Of a DNA stretch of 64,000 bases, positions 39,379 through 53,196 are shown in pieces. This DNA is from Dimorphilus gyrociliatus (Eukaryota > Animalia > Annelida): assembly GCA_904063045.1 (NCBI GenBank), contig CAJFCJ010000006.1, forward strand, positions 124,001-188,000, read 5' to 3'. A program made the position numbers and the translations under genes. The notes under the pieces were generated by a model that searched no databases, was not told the origin of the DNA, and saw only the letters and a list, made by a program, of their open reading frames with translations. Numbering within the stretch: the first letter of the stretch is position 1; each line of letters begins with the position of its first letter.

Positions 39379-42300
39379 TCAGGTTACTATTCCCTCCTCA
39401 TCTACAGCTTTCATTTCAACATCCTCCGGTACGTCTTCAGTCTTACTTAATAAATCTCTATCATCCTTTTCGCTGTGGGCATCACTTTCTTCGCTATCAT
39501 CATCCTCCTCATCATCGCTATTCTCACTTGTTCTAGTAACAGAAGGTAATTGTTCACCAGTTACTAAACATCTATGCTGAATAGCTTTTTGATACGCTTT
39601 TCTCATTGCCCTCATATCTTTACTTTTTTTGTTTTCATTTAATTTAACTTTATCTAAACCAGAATCAACACCTAGAGGTTCTAACTTAGATCTTGGCAAC
39701 CATTGCCATGTTCTTTTTTTATCAAAAAATAAAACTAGAAAGACTCTTTGTTCATACTTATTTTGTAATGCTAAAACTCTAGCTGGAGGAGGGGGAATAG
39801 GTACACCATTGTGTAGGTAACCATTTCTTGGCATTTTTGGATTTATTATGAGGGCGGGATACCACGGATAACCGCGGCATTTCGCCCATACCAGATCTAA
39901 AGGGTGCAGCTCGATCAGCGAGTCGACATCTTCTTCGGGATCTGCTGAACCTGGAGTAACACCCGCTACGAAGCGCATTCGCGGTTGACGTGGTCGTCTT
40001 GAGTATCTGTGGCCGACCTCCTGTGAAACGGGGGGAGGTGATGCTATGTCCGATTCCGTTCCGCCTATCCGACCGTCGTCCGACACCTATGCATCAACAC
40101 GGCCTTTGTTATATTTGCGATAAAGCGTACTAAATTTTAGCGATATTTAGCGATTTTTCAGCTACGGACCTCGGTTTCATTATCGGTCGCGCTGAGAATA
40201 TCGCGTTGGCCTCTGTATTGACGGAAACTATCCTTGTTCAACATCCACGGCTGCGGCGAGCTGATTGAAGGGGAATTCGGCGTGGGAGACGAAGGAGCCC
40301 TGGATGGGCTCTTGCAGAAATTTGATTGAGGTGAACGAGGAGTTCGAGGAGTGGCCGGAGTTCTACAAGGAGATATTGACTGACTATTCGGCGGAGTCGT
40401 GCTTTTCTTTCTGGTAGTTCTCTTGCCGCTGCGACCCCTTTTCTTTTTTGTCTTTTCAGGAGTGGGCAGAGGAACCTCAAAACCGGTATCGTCGCAAGAC
40501 TTATCTTGATTTTCTTTGTCTTCCTTTTCCTCCGATTTGGGTTTCCGCCGACTCCTAGTTGATCTCTCCTTTTCCGAATCAGTATCTTCGGCCACTAATG
40601 TTTTATCTTCCTCCTTATCCTCATCACCTGTGATTTAAGCGGTGAAAGCTATGTGATAAAAACAAAAAAAGAAGAAAATTTTTTAACTCATCGTAACTTA
40701 CCAGAAACACCGGGACTGTAAGCGTCATCATCTTCACTGGAATCCGATACTCCATCAGTTGAACGCCTTCTTTTCTGAGCTGCCATAGCCCGCCGTAATT
40801 TATTTATTTCTTTTTTAACTAGTTTGATCTGTTTTCCCTTTTTCTCTGCATAAAAAGAGTTATGAATATTTTTGAATTATTTTATTCATTATACGTACGG
40901 GGTTTTGCTGTCCACTCGTCTAATTTATCTAAAAGCATATCCAATTGTCGACTCATTGGTAACTTTGATCGAGCTTCTGCGTCCAGGACGTCTATTTCTT
41001 CCTGTACAGGACTTGATGGAGGACTGTTCAAGTGTAAACCAGTAGATTTGTCGTAGCCGATTTTAGCGACTTGTCTCTTTGCTGCTCTTATAACTGTTCC
41101 CCCAGAGTCCCTTAATTTTAACGCTGCACGATAGTAAATAGTATATTTATCATTATACGTTGTACAGTTTTTGATTATTAATGAGAAATCTTCTTCAAAG
41201 TCATCAATACTGAGATAACAATTAGTTTCAATCTTTTCGTGCATAGTAGAGAAATCCATGGGTTTTTCTATGAGCTCTCTATATTGAGGGGCCTCTTTTT
41301 CGGAAACTGGTTCAGCAAAGAAAGAGTTTGTATCTAAACTTTTTAATCTGTCTAAAATTCCAAGTAACATAGTATTCAGAGGTTGCATCCGCAATCGAAC
41401 TTCTTTCTGCTTAATTTTTATTAGATCTCTCTTAATTTTTTCTCGTTTTCTTATCAACTCAACAAGCAGGCGCGCCTTTTCCAGATCGTGTCTAAGTCTC
41501 TGCCAGTACTTTAGTTGTTGTTTCATCTCTGCTTCCTCTGTATCGTCGTCTTCTTTCTGATCTCTTATTCTGTTCATGTGATTGCTCTGTAATCTTCTTA
41601 GGAGAGGCACACCATTTCTGCTCTGTCGCTTCAAGGTCCAATACCCAAGCAGTTTTTGCATGAATTCTTTTTTGCCATGAACATTAATTTTTGATGAGAT
41701 AACAGAAACTCTTTTTTGAGTTAAAACCGGTATTGAAATAACAGGTGCAGCAGCTCTTCTCTCAGCTAAAACTTTTCTAGCCTTTCGCATTCTATTTCGA
41801 CTCTTTGCCTTTAATTGAGCAGGTGTTGAAGGAGTTGCTTGCCGATCTTCTTCAGAAGATGCTCCATTGTCAATCATTGGCATGTTTTGACAATCGGCTG
41901 GTGAATGAACATCGCAATACGCTGTTTTGCGTACGCCAACCGTTGTGTTCGAATCAGCGGACTCTCTTACAGGTTCTATCTTCATATACAAACCAGCGTG
42001 CTGAGCGCAGGTAACATGGAAGGCGGTATAGCAGTTGGTTTTATGGCATTGAATACAAGCACCAATGTTACGTTGCTTGCATATATAGCAAGTTAATTTC
42101 CATCTGGCTGGTGGAATTCTATCTATGCTATCTATTGGTTCTAGAAATACAGTGTTCGCAAATCCGATTTCCTATTTGAAATAGAAAGTTCAAGTTAATT
42201 ATTGCTATTAACAAAAAAAAATACACTTACGGGAATCCATAGAGCACAAACGACATGAGCCCATCGTCCATCATCAGTTTGCTTGAATGCTCCTCCTTTA

Positions 42301-43338
42301 TTCGGACAAAGGCAACATTCAACTGCTCTTGATGGACTTTGTAAGCAACGCCTACACAACCATTGTCCTTCCGGAATGTATGGTACACCATAACATTCCT
42401 GATGAACAGCAAGGTTGCACATATCGCAAAATAGGATCATATTCATATTCTGACATTCGCCATCCAGACAAATGCAGCACAAAGCATCGTCATCAATGTC
42501 CTTTTGATCACAATTTGAATTTTGAAAGGCAGCTTCCTTTTCAAATCTGTCAATCAGCAATTCAAATGTTTCACGATCAATTAAAGAGACGCTTTCATTA
42601 GCTCGAGTTTCATTAATTAATTGTAGCCAAGCAAAATCCTAATAGATGAAAAAAAATTGATTTTCCTCAAAATTAAACAAACTAATTTAGAATACTACCT
42701 CCTCATCCATATCGTATTCAACCATCTCATCAAGATCTTCTGGCGATTTTTCCATATATCTGTTATTATGCTTTAGTTAGTGATTTATATTTTTAATAAT
42801 GAAAATCAAAGTACCTAAAGTAAGCTTGAGTCCTTGAGGGTGCTACGCAAGGCTGATAGTTTTCTATAATTCTGAAAGAAGGTTCAGGGAGTCTTATTTT
42901 CTCTTTTTCTTTTTCTCTCTTCTCAGCGTCACCCCCTGACTGAGAACGCAACATTTCCTTTGCTTGTTCCCTTTTGGCGTTGTCCATGTTATCTATATTC
43001 TCTTGCGAAACAACATTTAACATTTCGTATATATTTAATCGATGGATTTTTCCATCCAGTTCAATTTCAACAATTTTTTGAGCATCAGCATAGGTCAGTG
43101 TATCTCTTGGCTGGGTTATTGTATCTGGAGAAGTAGTAAGCTTCTTGCTGTTCTTGCTTTTTCGCGAAGGTGATGGTGAACCAACATTTTTATAGTCATA
43201 ATGAGTGCTATGCATATGAGATGTTATTCCTCCATAACTCTTATATAATTTTTCGCAATCTTCAAATGGACATTTATATGGTGGCTTGGTTTCTTTTAGA
43301 TTTGCCAGCCATAAATCTATGTCCAGAGAGCTGTTCAT
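39379..43338 (-). CDS. BRPF1: Peregrin / bromodomain and PHD finger-containing protein (MOZ/MORF complex scaffold)
   Basis: TKPPYKCP zinc finger, [48 protein letters not shown], bromodomain [14 protein letters not shown]...PMDFSTM and [20 protein letters not shown]. Confidence 0.95.
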
Positions 43339-45217
43339 ATTTGCTTCTAACGAAAGATATATAAGAGGCTATAATACAACTCGCATACCTCCTCAGCTTC
43401 AGAAATGCTTTGTAAAATTGAAAAATTCTTTGAGTAAATCGGACTGAATCGATACCAACGAATATTGTCTTATTGGAAAATTAATCAATCGAATTTTTGA
43501 CTAATTTTTTGAACAAATCCAGTAGATAGAAATCTGTACTTGCAATATGTAGATAAAAATTGTGTATAACAATTCTGATTTTGTTGAAAAACAACCTTTA
43601 TCAAAATGTTGATTGTTTGACCGCCATATTGGAATGGCAGCGGCGTTGGTGAGGATCAGGATACCTGTTTTATATAATGAAAAAAGGCGCGTGCGGTATT
43701 GCTACATTCTGAATGGACGTCCATTTTAGCCAGAACAAGTTATAATCGGACAAAAAATTGATTTTCAAATAGTCTCTTGTTAGACACTTTTTTCAAATAA
43801 TCGTTTCTTCTGAAATAGTGCATAATATAACTATTGTCTTAAACTTAAAAGAGTTCGATTATTACACGCACGTTTAATAAATATATACTAAAATAGAAAT
43901 ATCTCTTTAACACTTGCGGATTAACTGATTTAGTTGAAGCGCAATTTAGTATCACCAAAACTAAATACGCAACCCTGGGTAAAACTTCGACTGAACAGTT
44001 AGGATAAGTTAAAATAAGCTTTAACGATTTTCATTCATAAATAGCAATAAGTAATTCATACTCTTATTTGTCATTATTTTGATCAAAACTTACTATTAAT
44101 TTCTGTCATTCATAATAAATAATAAAAAATAAATAATTGTTTGAATTATGTTGAAAATCAATTAAACTAGAAATAGATAAGACTTAATCAAACGAACTAA
44201 ACTACAGTAAAGTTGTTAAAATATGTGAAAAGGTAATAGTAGAAAATTAATTTATTATATTCATTTAGAATATTTAATTCGTCATATGTTAGACGGAATT
44301 TTATCTACAAATAGATCTTCATTTAAATTAATTAATTCTGAATAGAAACAACAACAACAACGAAGTTTTCAGTACAATACGATAAATACTGGAATTTTTA
44401 ATAACAAATAATAGCGTAGTTATCGCTATTTAACCATATTATAAAATTTAGTTCGTTGGGGTTAGGGGTTCTCTAGTACAAGTAAATACAAATGAAAAGA
44501 TTAACTTATAAACAGAACTACCAAAATTATAAAACGAACATATATTGAAAGATTACCTAAAGAGATATACGCACCAAATATTTTCTTACATAAACGGAAT
44601 ACTTTGTATGTTGTATACTGTATACTTGAATGCTGGCTTCGTTTGAAAGGATAACACAGAAAATCGGTCATGTGTATTCTGATTACTAGGTTAATTAAAA
44701 GAATTTTCATTCAATTTCTTAGATCTTTATCTAATTTACACAATTCCCTGAGAATTATTCTTCTTTAACATATAGCTCTCTTCTTTCTCTTATGAATAAT
44801 AAAAGAGAAAGAGTTAGTTGATACTTGATAAATCTTATTTGCTTTAAATGAAATAAAGAGAGATTCAGTAAAAACTAAACTTAATACACATGGCTTCTAT
44901 TTTAAACATATTGTAAAGTTTAATGTATTCTCTTCACCTAATTTAAATATGTACCAAGCCTTTGTCTAGTAGATAATAAGAGAGAATTTACTAGAAGATG
45001 TTTCAAAGAAAAAAGTATAGTATTTTATTTGGATTTATACAAAAAAAAAATAGGGCAAAATGCATCATTTAACATGAAATAAAAAAAATAGCATACATAC
45101 ACACACACAGAAGAAAATATGTAAATACTTGAAGAAGAGAAAGTACAAACAATGAAAAAGAGAATTAAAATAAGTTAATAAAAAATAAACACGAAAATTA
45201 TGGTCAAAAAATGCTAT

Positions 45218-46859
45218 TTATATGTATAAATCTTGTTTGTCATTTTGCTTCTTTTTAACTTTTATACACAGGACCAAAGAAGCTGCTAGAATTATTACGG
45301 ATCCGCTAACAGCGTATGCTATTAAGTATTCTTTAGTCTCGTCAATAATTAAACCTGCTAAAGGTGGTCCGATTACGTTACCAATTCCTTGACACATATA
45401 AATCAAACCTGTAGCCCATGTAACGTATCGGCTGTCCAATATAAGAACAATCATTGTCAAACTTAGTGCGTAGTCAGCACTCATGAACCAGCCGTAGCCG
45501 GCACAAGCGAATGCTAAATAATAAAAATTAGAGCAAAAGGGCATTGTTATTAAAATCAATCCGACCATACATGTATAAATCATGTATAGACGGAGTATGG
45601 ATATACAGTTTTTATCGGCTAGCCATCCAACGAATATTTGGCCAACTGTATTGCAAGCGCCAATTACTGGAGTTAAATAGGAGGACGCAAAATGACCAAA
45701 TTTAAACTGTTCGACAGCCATTTGCATATTGAATATGTAGGGAATGTCGGAGGCCATGTATACCAAGCCAGTACATAAACAAAAGATAAGAAAACTGGAT
45801 TTGAATATATTTGATGGAACTATCGAACATATTTTCTTTTCTTCCTTAATTGGCTCTTCGCTATCTTGGCTTGATAATTGAGGGCAACTTGCCCACATTC
45901 GCTTCGATGGTAATACTAACGTTTTCAGACCTTTTTTATCCAATGTTTCTAACGATTGAGTACATGACGATAATTTGGATTGAACAGTTTCCGATGAAGT
46001 ACTTTTATGAAGTTCCAAAGGTCTATAAAGGGCACCACAAACGCAAATATTTAAAAGAACTGCGGCTAAAATCAGCAAACATCCTCTCCATGAGTAAGTT
46101 TCTATAAGAAAATTACAAATTGGAGGTCCAATAACAGTTCCAAGACCGGAGCCGGAAAGAGCGATTCCAGTTGCGGATGATAGTTTTTTATCAAAATATG
46201 TGGAGATAATAACAACGGCTGGTACGTAAACAAACGCTAAACCCAATCCAGAGACAAAGCCATAGGTAAGGCATATAAAGAAGAAATTGGACGAAAAGAA
46301 AGCTAATATGAACCCAACTGAGGCGACGAAACCACCAAATATTGTTACCTTTCTACAGCCAAATTTATGTGTAGCCAAAGATGAAAGTGGTGCGCAGATT
46401 AATGGAACAGATACGAACAAACTATTGGCCAAACTTGTCCAGGCGTTCGAAGTCCCTAAAGAATTAATAAAATATAAATCATCACTGTCTTACTTAAAAT
46501 TGTACTTGTACATACCTAAAGTTTTTGTCCAGATGTGTTCAAACTGTCCTACGGAAAAGGCAATTCCATCAGCTATTGTAAATAAGACGAAGGACGCAAA
46601 GACTATTATCCACCCGTAGCCACCGTCTTGCTGTATAGCGTCCTGTAATAACAAAAAATAAATTATGAAAATTAAAAAGTCAACTGAAAAAGAAAATTTT
46701 AATATCACAAAAATGAATAGGAAAATATAGTTAAAAAAAATTCCAAGTCTCAATCGACTACTTGAACTTTGAATTTTTCTCACATAATTGGAATCAGAAT
46801 ATATGTAATAGTTAATGAGATTAAAAGAAAATTACCTTACAGGTCAAATAAGAATACAT
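45218..46859 (-). CDS. SLC16 monocarboxylate transporter family member (MCT12/14-like); start exon tentative
   Basis: DGGYGW signature, GFVSGLGLAFVYVPA, GSGLGTV and GNVIGPPLAGLI. The putative first coding exon 46859-46836 (MYSYLTCK) is spliced in phase to 46642. Confidence 0.88.
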
Positions 46860-48241
46860 GGAAGACGTAGTAGATAAGAACAAATCAAAAAGATATGTTT
46901 AACCTTTCAGTTTTTCACGATTTGCTTAGCAATATTAAATCATAAAGATCGTTTTAGAGTTTGATAGTACTATGATAAGGGCTTTTACAAAGCATTCAAT
47001 GAGGCGATCTCCGTTTTTAACCAGATGTTCGTAATCTACTTTCTCAGTACAAAGTTACCAATCTTGACCTATTTTATACCTTATAAGGTTATCCAATTAC
47101 AAGATTAATAAGTATATATACTGTTTATAATAAAACAAGGAAATTCAGAGCTCTTATGTTATTCCTTTGGAAAACATGAACGAAGCCTCTGGGCCTAAAA
47201 TGTAAATATGCTCTATATTTTTAATAAACGTAATAATACATAAAATATTATATACATATGAATATGTATTAATAGAAATTTTATATATATTATATTTATA
47301 TATATATCTATAACAAAGGCAAGTCTTCTTTGACTTTTTCATAAAAGCGTTATCTATTCAATTCTCTCATTTAAAGGCTTCTGGTCGTATTTTTAGAGAT
47401 TATTTTTGATAAATATTATCGTGCAAGGTCAACAGTAAAGAAGAACGAATGGTTATCGCTATTTGAAGAAGTCACTGATCTGACAGCGTAATCATGTATG
47501 ATGTAGAAATCACAGTAAAAGATATTAAATCGCCTTACTATATGAACATAAGACATAGTGCTAATATAAACACTGAAAGAATTTCCTTCTCATTATTCAT
47601 ACATTGATTTTCCCTAAAAAAAATATCTATTTACAATTTTACAAACCTCGTCCTGGATTGTTTGTCAGTCCTTTAAATCATCAGGGGAGTCCTCGTTCGA
47701 AAAGAGCTTTTGACTCCTTATAGAATTCATAATGGGGGAAAAGGCGAATCAATTCAACGTTGCGTAATAAAATGAAAAATAGCACAGCTGATCAACAAAT
47801 GCAGATAATCGAATATCTGGATAGGTGGCGTTGTTCACAAGAAAAAATTTTTTATCATCGGCCATTTTGAAGGTCAATAACTTTTGGCGGTTTATTTCAA
47901 ACAGTGTATAACTCACATTATAATAATTACTTAACTTTTCAGTTTTTTGTGAGAGTAAGTTACATTTTTCAAATATAATATATACATATATATATAATAA
48001 GTAACGCATATGAACTACAATATGCAAATAACCCTTAATGATTATCTCTTATTACATAACATGTTAGGTTAATAATTGAGATTAATTTGTTTATGATTTA
48101 GTTTTTAAAAAATTCTCAATCAAATTACAAGGTTCAAGTGGTTTTTTTCAAAAAAATAAAAATCTGAACAATACTTTATTAATAATGTAAATTGGTACAA
48201 AGAGTTGTTCGTTAGAAGGATTAAAATGTATCAAAAAAGGT

Positions 48242-49416
48242 TTAATCGGTAAATGACATATCTTTACTGCAATTAGAAGGCATGCTGCTTTTATTCAGTG
48301 TGTTGAAGTAAGAGTGATTAAGGGCGTCCCGACAGTTGATTCTGTCTCCGGGATTGTAAACAAGCATCTTATGCAACAAGTCCAAACCTTGTTCATTCAA
48401 ATGAGGACATCTATCCGCAAGGACGTCTGTATGCCACTTTGGAAATATAGATTTGTAGTCAGGAAGTTCTTCAACTCCCGGCCAGGAATCATTTGTGGGT
48501 GTCGTAAGTGTTCTACAAATTTTCAAATAATAATGATAAACAATGAGACGATTAATAATAATTTTTGTAAGGAATTTACCTAAAAATTCTTAAAATCTGG
48601 TCAATTTCTGAATCTCCCTGAAACAACGGTTTCCTATTTGACATTTCCGCAAAGATGCAACCAATTGACCACATATCAACAGGAGTTGAATATCTGGCAG
48701 ACCCAAGTAAGACTTCTGGAGCTCGATACCAAAGGGTTACTACTTCGTGTGTATATACTCTTACAGGAACGCCGAATGCTCTTGCTAGACCAAAATCTGC
48801 CAGTTTAATTGCTCCATTTTTATCGATTAAAAGATTTTGAGGTTTTAAGTCGCGATGAAGAACTCGTCGTTCGTGACAGAAGAGAACACCATCAAGAATT
48901 TGGTAAAGATAGCTCTGAACAAGATCGGGGGGAAGGAGTTCGCCTTTCGGAAGAGCATCCATGTATTTCTTCAGATCCATAGTCAAATATTCAAAGACCA
49001 AGTAGATTTTATTTTCCTCCATCAAAACATCTTGTAAGCTACAAGAAATTAAATGTAAACAACCAATCGAGGTCGTAAATTATCTCAAACGTAAAGATAT
49101 CGTAATAGAATTTTTTTTTAGAAGTTAAAAAGTATTTACCAAACAATGTTGGGATGTTGCAGTTCCTTAAGTAAGGAAATTTCACGAATAGCGGTACTAG
49201 GAACACCTTCGTCCTCATTTTCCAGCCTAATTTTTTTCAATGCAACAATTTCGTTTGTATGTTTATGTTTCGCTTTGTAGACAACCCCATAGGTGCCTAT
49301 GACAAGAAAAAGTTGGATGAATATTCTCAAATGCTTGAATTTTTTGTAATAAAATTGTTATACGTACCCTCTCCAATTTTCTCGATTTTAGTGTAGTCGT
49401 CTATTATTCCTGACAT
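48242..49416 (-). CDS. CDK1: Cyclin-dependent kinase 1
   Basis: [66 protein letters not shown] and GDSEIDQ; 4 exons. Confidence 0.96.
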
Positions 49417-49770
49417 TTTTTCTCTTCCAAATATTCTTACAGGCTACTTTCACCTCTCCAAGTGATAATTTTCGGCTATTTTGGAGTAGTTAACCAGAAT
49501 ATTAATGTTAAAATAATATAACGTTGAGTGTGGGCTCCAAAATTTTTGAAGTTGCCGACTGACCAATCACGCTACAGCTAAGTGGAAAAAACCGTATCGA
49601 ATCAGAACTTAGATCACAAAAAAAACAGAAAAATTTTTATATATTCTTACACCATTAGAAATTAGAATAAATTCTTATTTTTCCTAATTATAATTCGAAA
49701 ATGTTAATATAATTATTCAAAAAATAAATCTAACCACAAAACTGGTAATCTCAGTAGCTCGGAATTTAAA
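49417..49770. promoter_or_regulatory. CDK1/CCP110 bidirectional promoter with CHR-like TTTGAA (49545-49550) and NF-Y box GACCAATCA (49561-49569)
   Basis: The two ATGs diverge 354 bp apart and the motifs are directly visible. Confidence 0.5.
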
Positions 49771-52617
49771 ATGGATGCGAACTCAAATATCGACTCAGCG
49801 GCAAATTTCACTGAAAATTTTTCCAAAGAAAATATTAACAATGAAATTAGAAGTACAATTGACACATCGGTAATTTTATAAATTTTTGAAATCCAATGAT
49901 GTCTTATTTAAAAAAAAATTGTTAAAAATATTACTTTTTTTTCAATTTTCAAACGGTTCTTTAATTTCCTTTCGTAAACATGTTGGTTCTTGTAGTGTTT
50001 CGAACAACTTTAATAAATTATCATTATTCATTATTATTTTTGTTACTGATGAATTATAAACCCAAATTAATGTGTTAATTGCTTACCATAATGACGCAAC
50101 AGAGCGAAGAAGTTACTGTTCACCACGAAAAGGAAGAGACTTCACCTTTAATTTTACAAGAAACGACGTTTGAATCATGTATAAGATTTTATGGATGCCC
50201 CATTTTACCTCCAATTGTGAGTAATTCATTATCATATACTAAATGCTTTCAAGTGCTTTCGACTTCTAGTTAAGTCTCAAGGATCGAGAAGAAATGCTAA
50301 AATATAAAGAATTGGCAAAAACTGCCGAAATAAATTTAAGAAATAAAAGACGTAAGAAACTTGTCGATAAAGTAACATCGGTTTTAAATACTATAGAGGT
50401 CGGTACTCATATGAAATTTGAATATTTCCTTCAAAATTTTATTCGTTATTGAATAACAGGAAAGAAAGACAATTAAAACCTTACCCATAGAAAACCCTTC
50501 TGAGAGTTCTGATACTGAGAGTACAAGTAGCAGTGCACCAACAAGGACAAACTCAACTATTTTAAGCGACGAAAATGAAGATATTACTAATCCTAAAACT
50601 GAAAATTTAATGTCATCTGATAGCGGAATCTCATCTAAAATGCGTACAAATGAATCTAAGTCTCTAGCCAGTACTGGAGTAACACTATGTCCTGATTTAG
50701 AAGGAAGTGCCTTGCTAGCAAATGTTTCGTTACACGATGAAACGGCTTCTACGGTCTGTAGTGATAACGAGGACCAAGAAACATCTAAGAGCTTAATGAT
50801 AAAACCACTTGAAAATAAAACCACGGAAGACGATGAAGAAAGTAATCACTCAACCGACTCAAAAACAAGCTATACATTAGAATCCCCTTGTGCAGCTCTG
50901 CAAGAGCAATATGAAAAAGGTCTCGTTTCTGATAATATGGATCTGGAATTAACTCACAGTTTTAGTGAGGAGAATCATAAGAGAGCAGAAAATGAGGATC
51001 AACCGACAGATTGCTCTGTAGAATTGGATGAAGAAGATGAAGAATATGTTATACCCTCGATACCTTTAAACGAATTTGAAAAACCTCAAGAAATTGTTTT
51101 AGAAAACTCTGAAGTAGATTCAAATGGAAATACTTCGAGTAATGTTTTAGATGAAGATGAACATAATAATTTAATGTGTTTAGCAGAAATGTATGCCAAC
51201 CAGGAAGCGAAAGATGACAGTGAGATCTCCAATAGTGAAGTTACAGTTGATCAACCAACTTGTATCGAAAAGCTAAATGAATTACCTATCGAAAATCCAA
51301 AAAATACTAGCGAGATTGTTGCTTCAAGTGATGTAAATATTGATGATGTTGAAAGATCTGAACAAATGGCAATAGAATCAACGAAAATTGAAGAAAATGC
51401 CACTAAAAAGAATATTCCTAATTTATCCGATCAATCTCCTTGCTATCGCTTGCAACGACGGCAGTTGCTAGAGGAGGAATCTGAAATGAGGAAACAACAT
51501 TTAAAGAGATATTTAGAAGAATTAAGTCGAATGCCTCTGCCAGGAGATGAAATTGTAGTTGAAAAACGAAGCGTTGAAGATCTAGTGAACTTTTTAAATT
51601 CGAAAGTTTTGGATCAAGATTTAATAAATCAAAAAGTTAATTTGCGACGACTAATTGATGATCATGACGAAATGATAAGTACTTTATCGAAATCGGAAAT
51701 AAAAGAATTAGAAAACTCTCTTTTTGAAAAAATGAAAGAAAGATTATTGTCGATGAGAGATGATTTTGTAACAAGTACACCAATAGAAAATACTCCCGAA
51801 AGGCCTACAAATACCTCGAACAGACTTATTTTATCTGAAGATGAGCTCCATCGCCGTTTTTGTAAATTTTCTGCTGTTGTTAAAGGTTACCTAACTAGAA
51901 AGTTGTTGTATACTGAAAAGGTTCAGGGCTTATTGTGCACTGTTAAAGACACAGCAGATTTTGCTCTTCATTTTGAACAAGATTCTACTTTAAGAGAGCC
52001 AACAGCAGCAGAAAGAATGCTGCAAGAAAGGGTTCTTTCTCAATTGACGGCCGCTATGTACAATCTGCACTATTTGTTTATTGAGAGTTCGCCAGCTGAG
52101 AGAATGAAAACCATCAGTCTTGACAGAGAAAGAAAATTGTCAGAAAAAAAGAAACTAAGTGAGAAAAAATTGAGTACGGCAACTATAAAAAGACGATCAA
52201 GAATAGAAAGCCGAGAAGGGAAGAGTGTGAAAAGACCCAAGGCAATATCAAAAACTTTAAAGCCCACTTTATGTAAAAGTCCGGAAAAATTAGATAAAGA
52301 AGCTTTAAATAGGTATTACCCAGCCGTGAGCATAAACATATGTACTACATTGATTTTTATTATAGGAGTAAAAAAGCAGCTACTATGAGAGTTCAGAGAA
52401 AATTATTATTAGATGAAATCGAAAAAGAGTGTGCTACTTTAGCACAAACTAAGAAAAAACAACCACCATCTGGTAGGCATACTTGGAATTTTTAATTTTA
52501 TTTCTATTTATTCTTCGTTTGTTTAATCTAGAAAAATCTGCCAAAAAATCAATGACGAGAAAAACTGCGTTGACAACTAAGCCAATGGTTAGACACATTG
52601 CTTCTGCGAAACGATAA
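49771..52617 (+). CDS. CCP110: Centriolar coiled-coil protein of 110 kDa
   Basis: N-terminal IRFYGCPILPP and C-terminal FSAVVKGYLTRKLL...TVKDT...LQERVLSQLTAAMYNLH...ERMKTISLDRE match the CP110 conserved blocks; multi-exon. Confidence 0.82.
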
Positions 52618-52784
52618 ATAATCTGGGAGAAGCTCCTTAAGAATTTTTAAGACATCATACTGCCATTTTCATTTTCAAAACTGAGATTATAGTTAAAACA
52701 AAAATTGTATTAATACTAATAGCTTGTTTAGTATATTCTTTATGATTGGATAGTTTAAACTTTCGAATTTTAAGTGTACGAAAA

Positions 52785-52794
52785 TAGATGGCGC
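52785..52794 (+). promoter_or_regulatory. CTCF-like motif TAGATGGCGC
   Basis: Between the CCP110 stop and the SMCO4 start. Confidence 0.45.
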
Positions 52795-52892
52795 CACATT
52801 ACCAACCGGCCATGTTGTACAGGAAGCAGTTTACGACGACGTCTGCTTTAACGTAGAACTGATTGGAATTTTGTTTCTACATTCCATTGAAA

Positions 52893-53069
52893 ATGCGACA
52901 ATTAAAAGGTCAAGTTAAGGAAAGCCGAAAAGAAAAAAGACAGAGGCGGAAAGAAAACCTTGAAAACAAAAGTAAAGTGATTTCCATAGTTCTTCCAGTT
53001 ATTGTAGCCATCACTGCAATTTGCATCGGAATCGTATACTTTGGAACAAGACCTAAAGCTATTGCTTAA
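52893..53069 (+). CDS. SMCO4: Single-pass membrane and coiled-coil domain protein 4 (58 aa)
   Basis: MRQLKGQVKESRKEKRQRRKE...IVLPVIVAITAICIGIVYFGTRP matches the SMCO4 pattern MRQLKG...VVLP...VYVATRP. Confidence 0.9.
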   Translation: MRQLKGQVKESRKEKRQRRKENLENKSKVISIVLPVIVAITAICIGIVYFGTRPKAIA

Positions 53070-53196
53070 CACGGCTCAAGTTATTTCCTCAATATTATTG
53101 ACATCTATTTTAAAAAATAACTTTGCAGTTAATAAATCTTTAAAAAAATATAACAATCGTTTTGACTAGATTTTAAAAAGTTGTATAAATATTTAG

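Noticed and set aside
44455-44470. GGGGTTAGGGGTT telomere-like sequence
   Set aside because: Only a single TTAGGG unit, which is chance-level.
43634-44780. Plus-strand MAAALVRIR start and exon-like piece RTTKIIKRTYIERLPKEIYAPNIFLHKRNTL between BRPF1 and SLC16
   Set aside because: I could not join them with phase-compatible introns of plausible length; they are probably promoter or UTR sequence.
47423-47876. NR5A/ERR-type sites CAAGGTCA and TGAAGGTCA upstream of SLC16
   Set aside because: About one CAAGGTCA is expected by chance in the window, and another occurs in coding DNA at 12-19.
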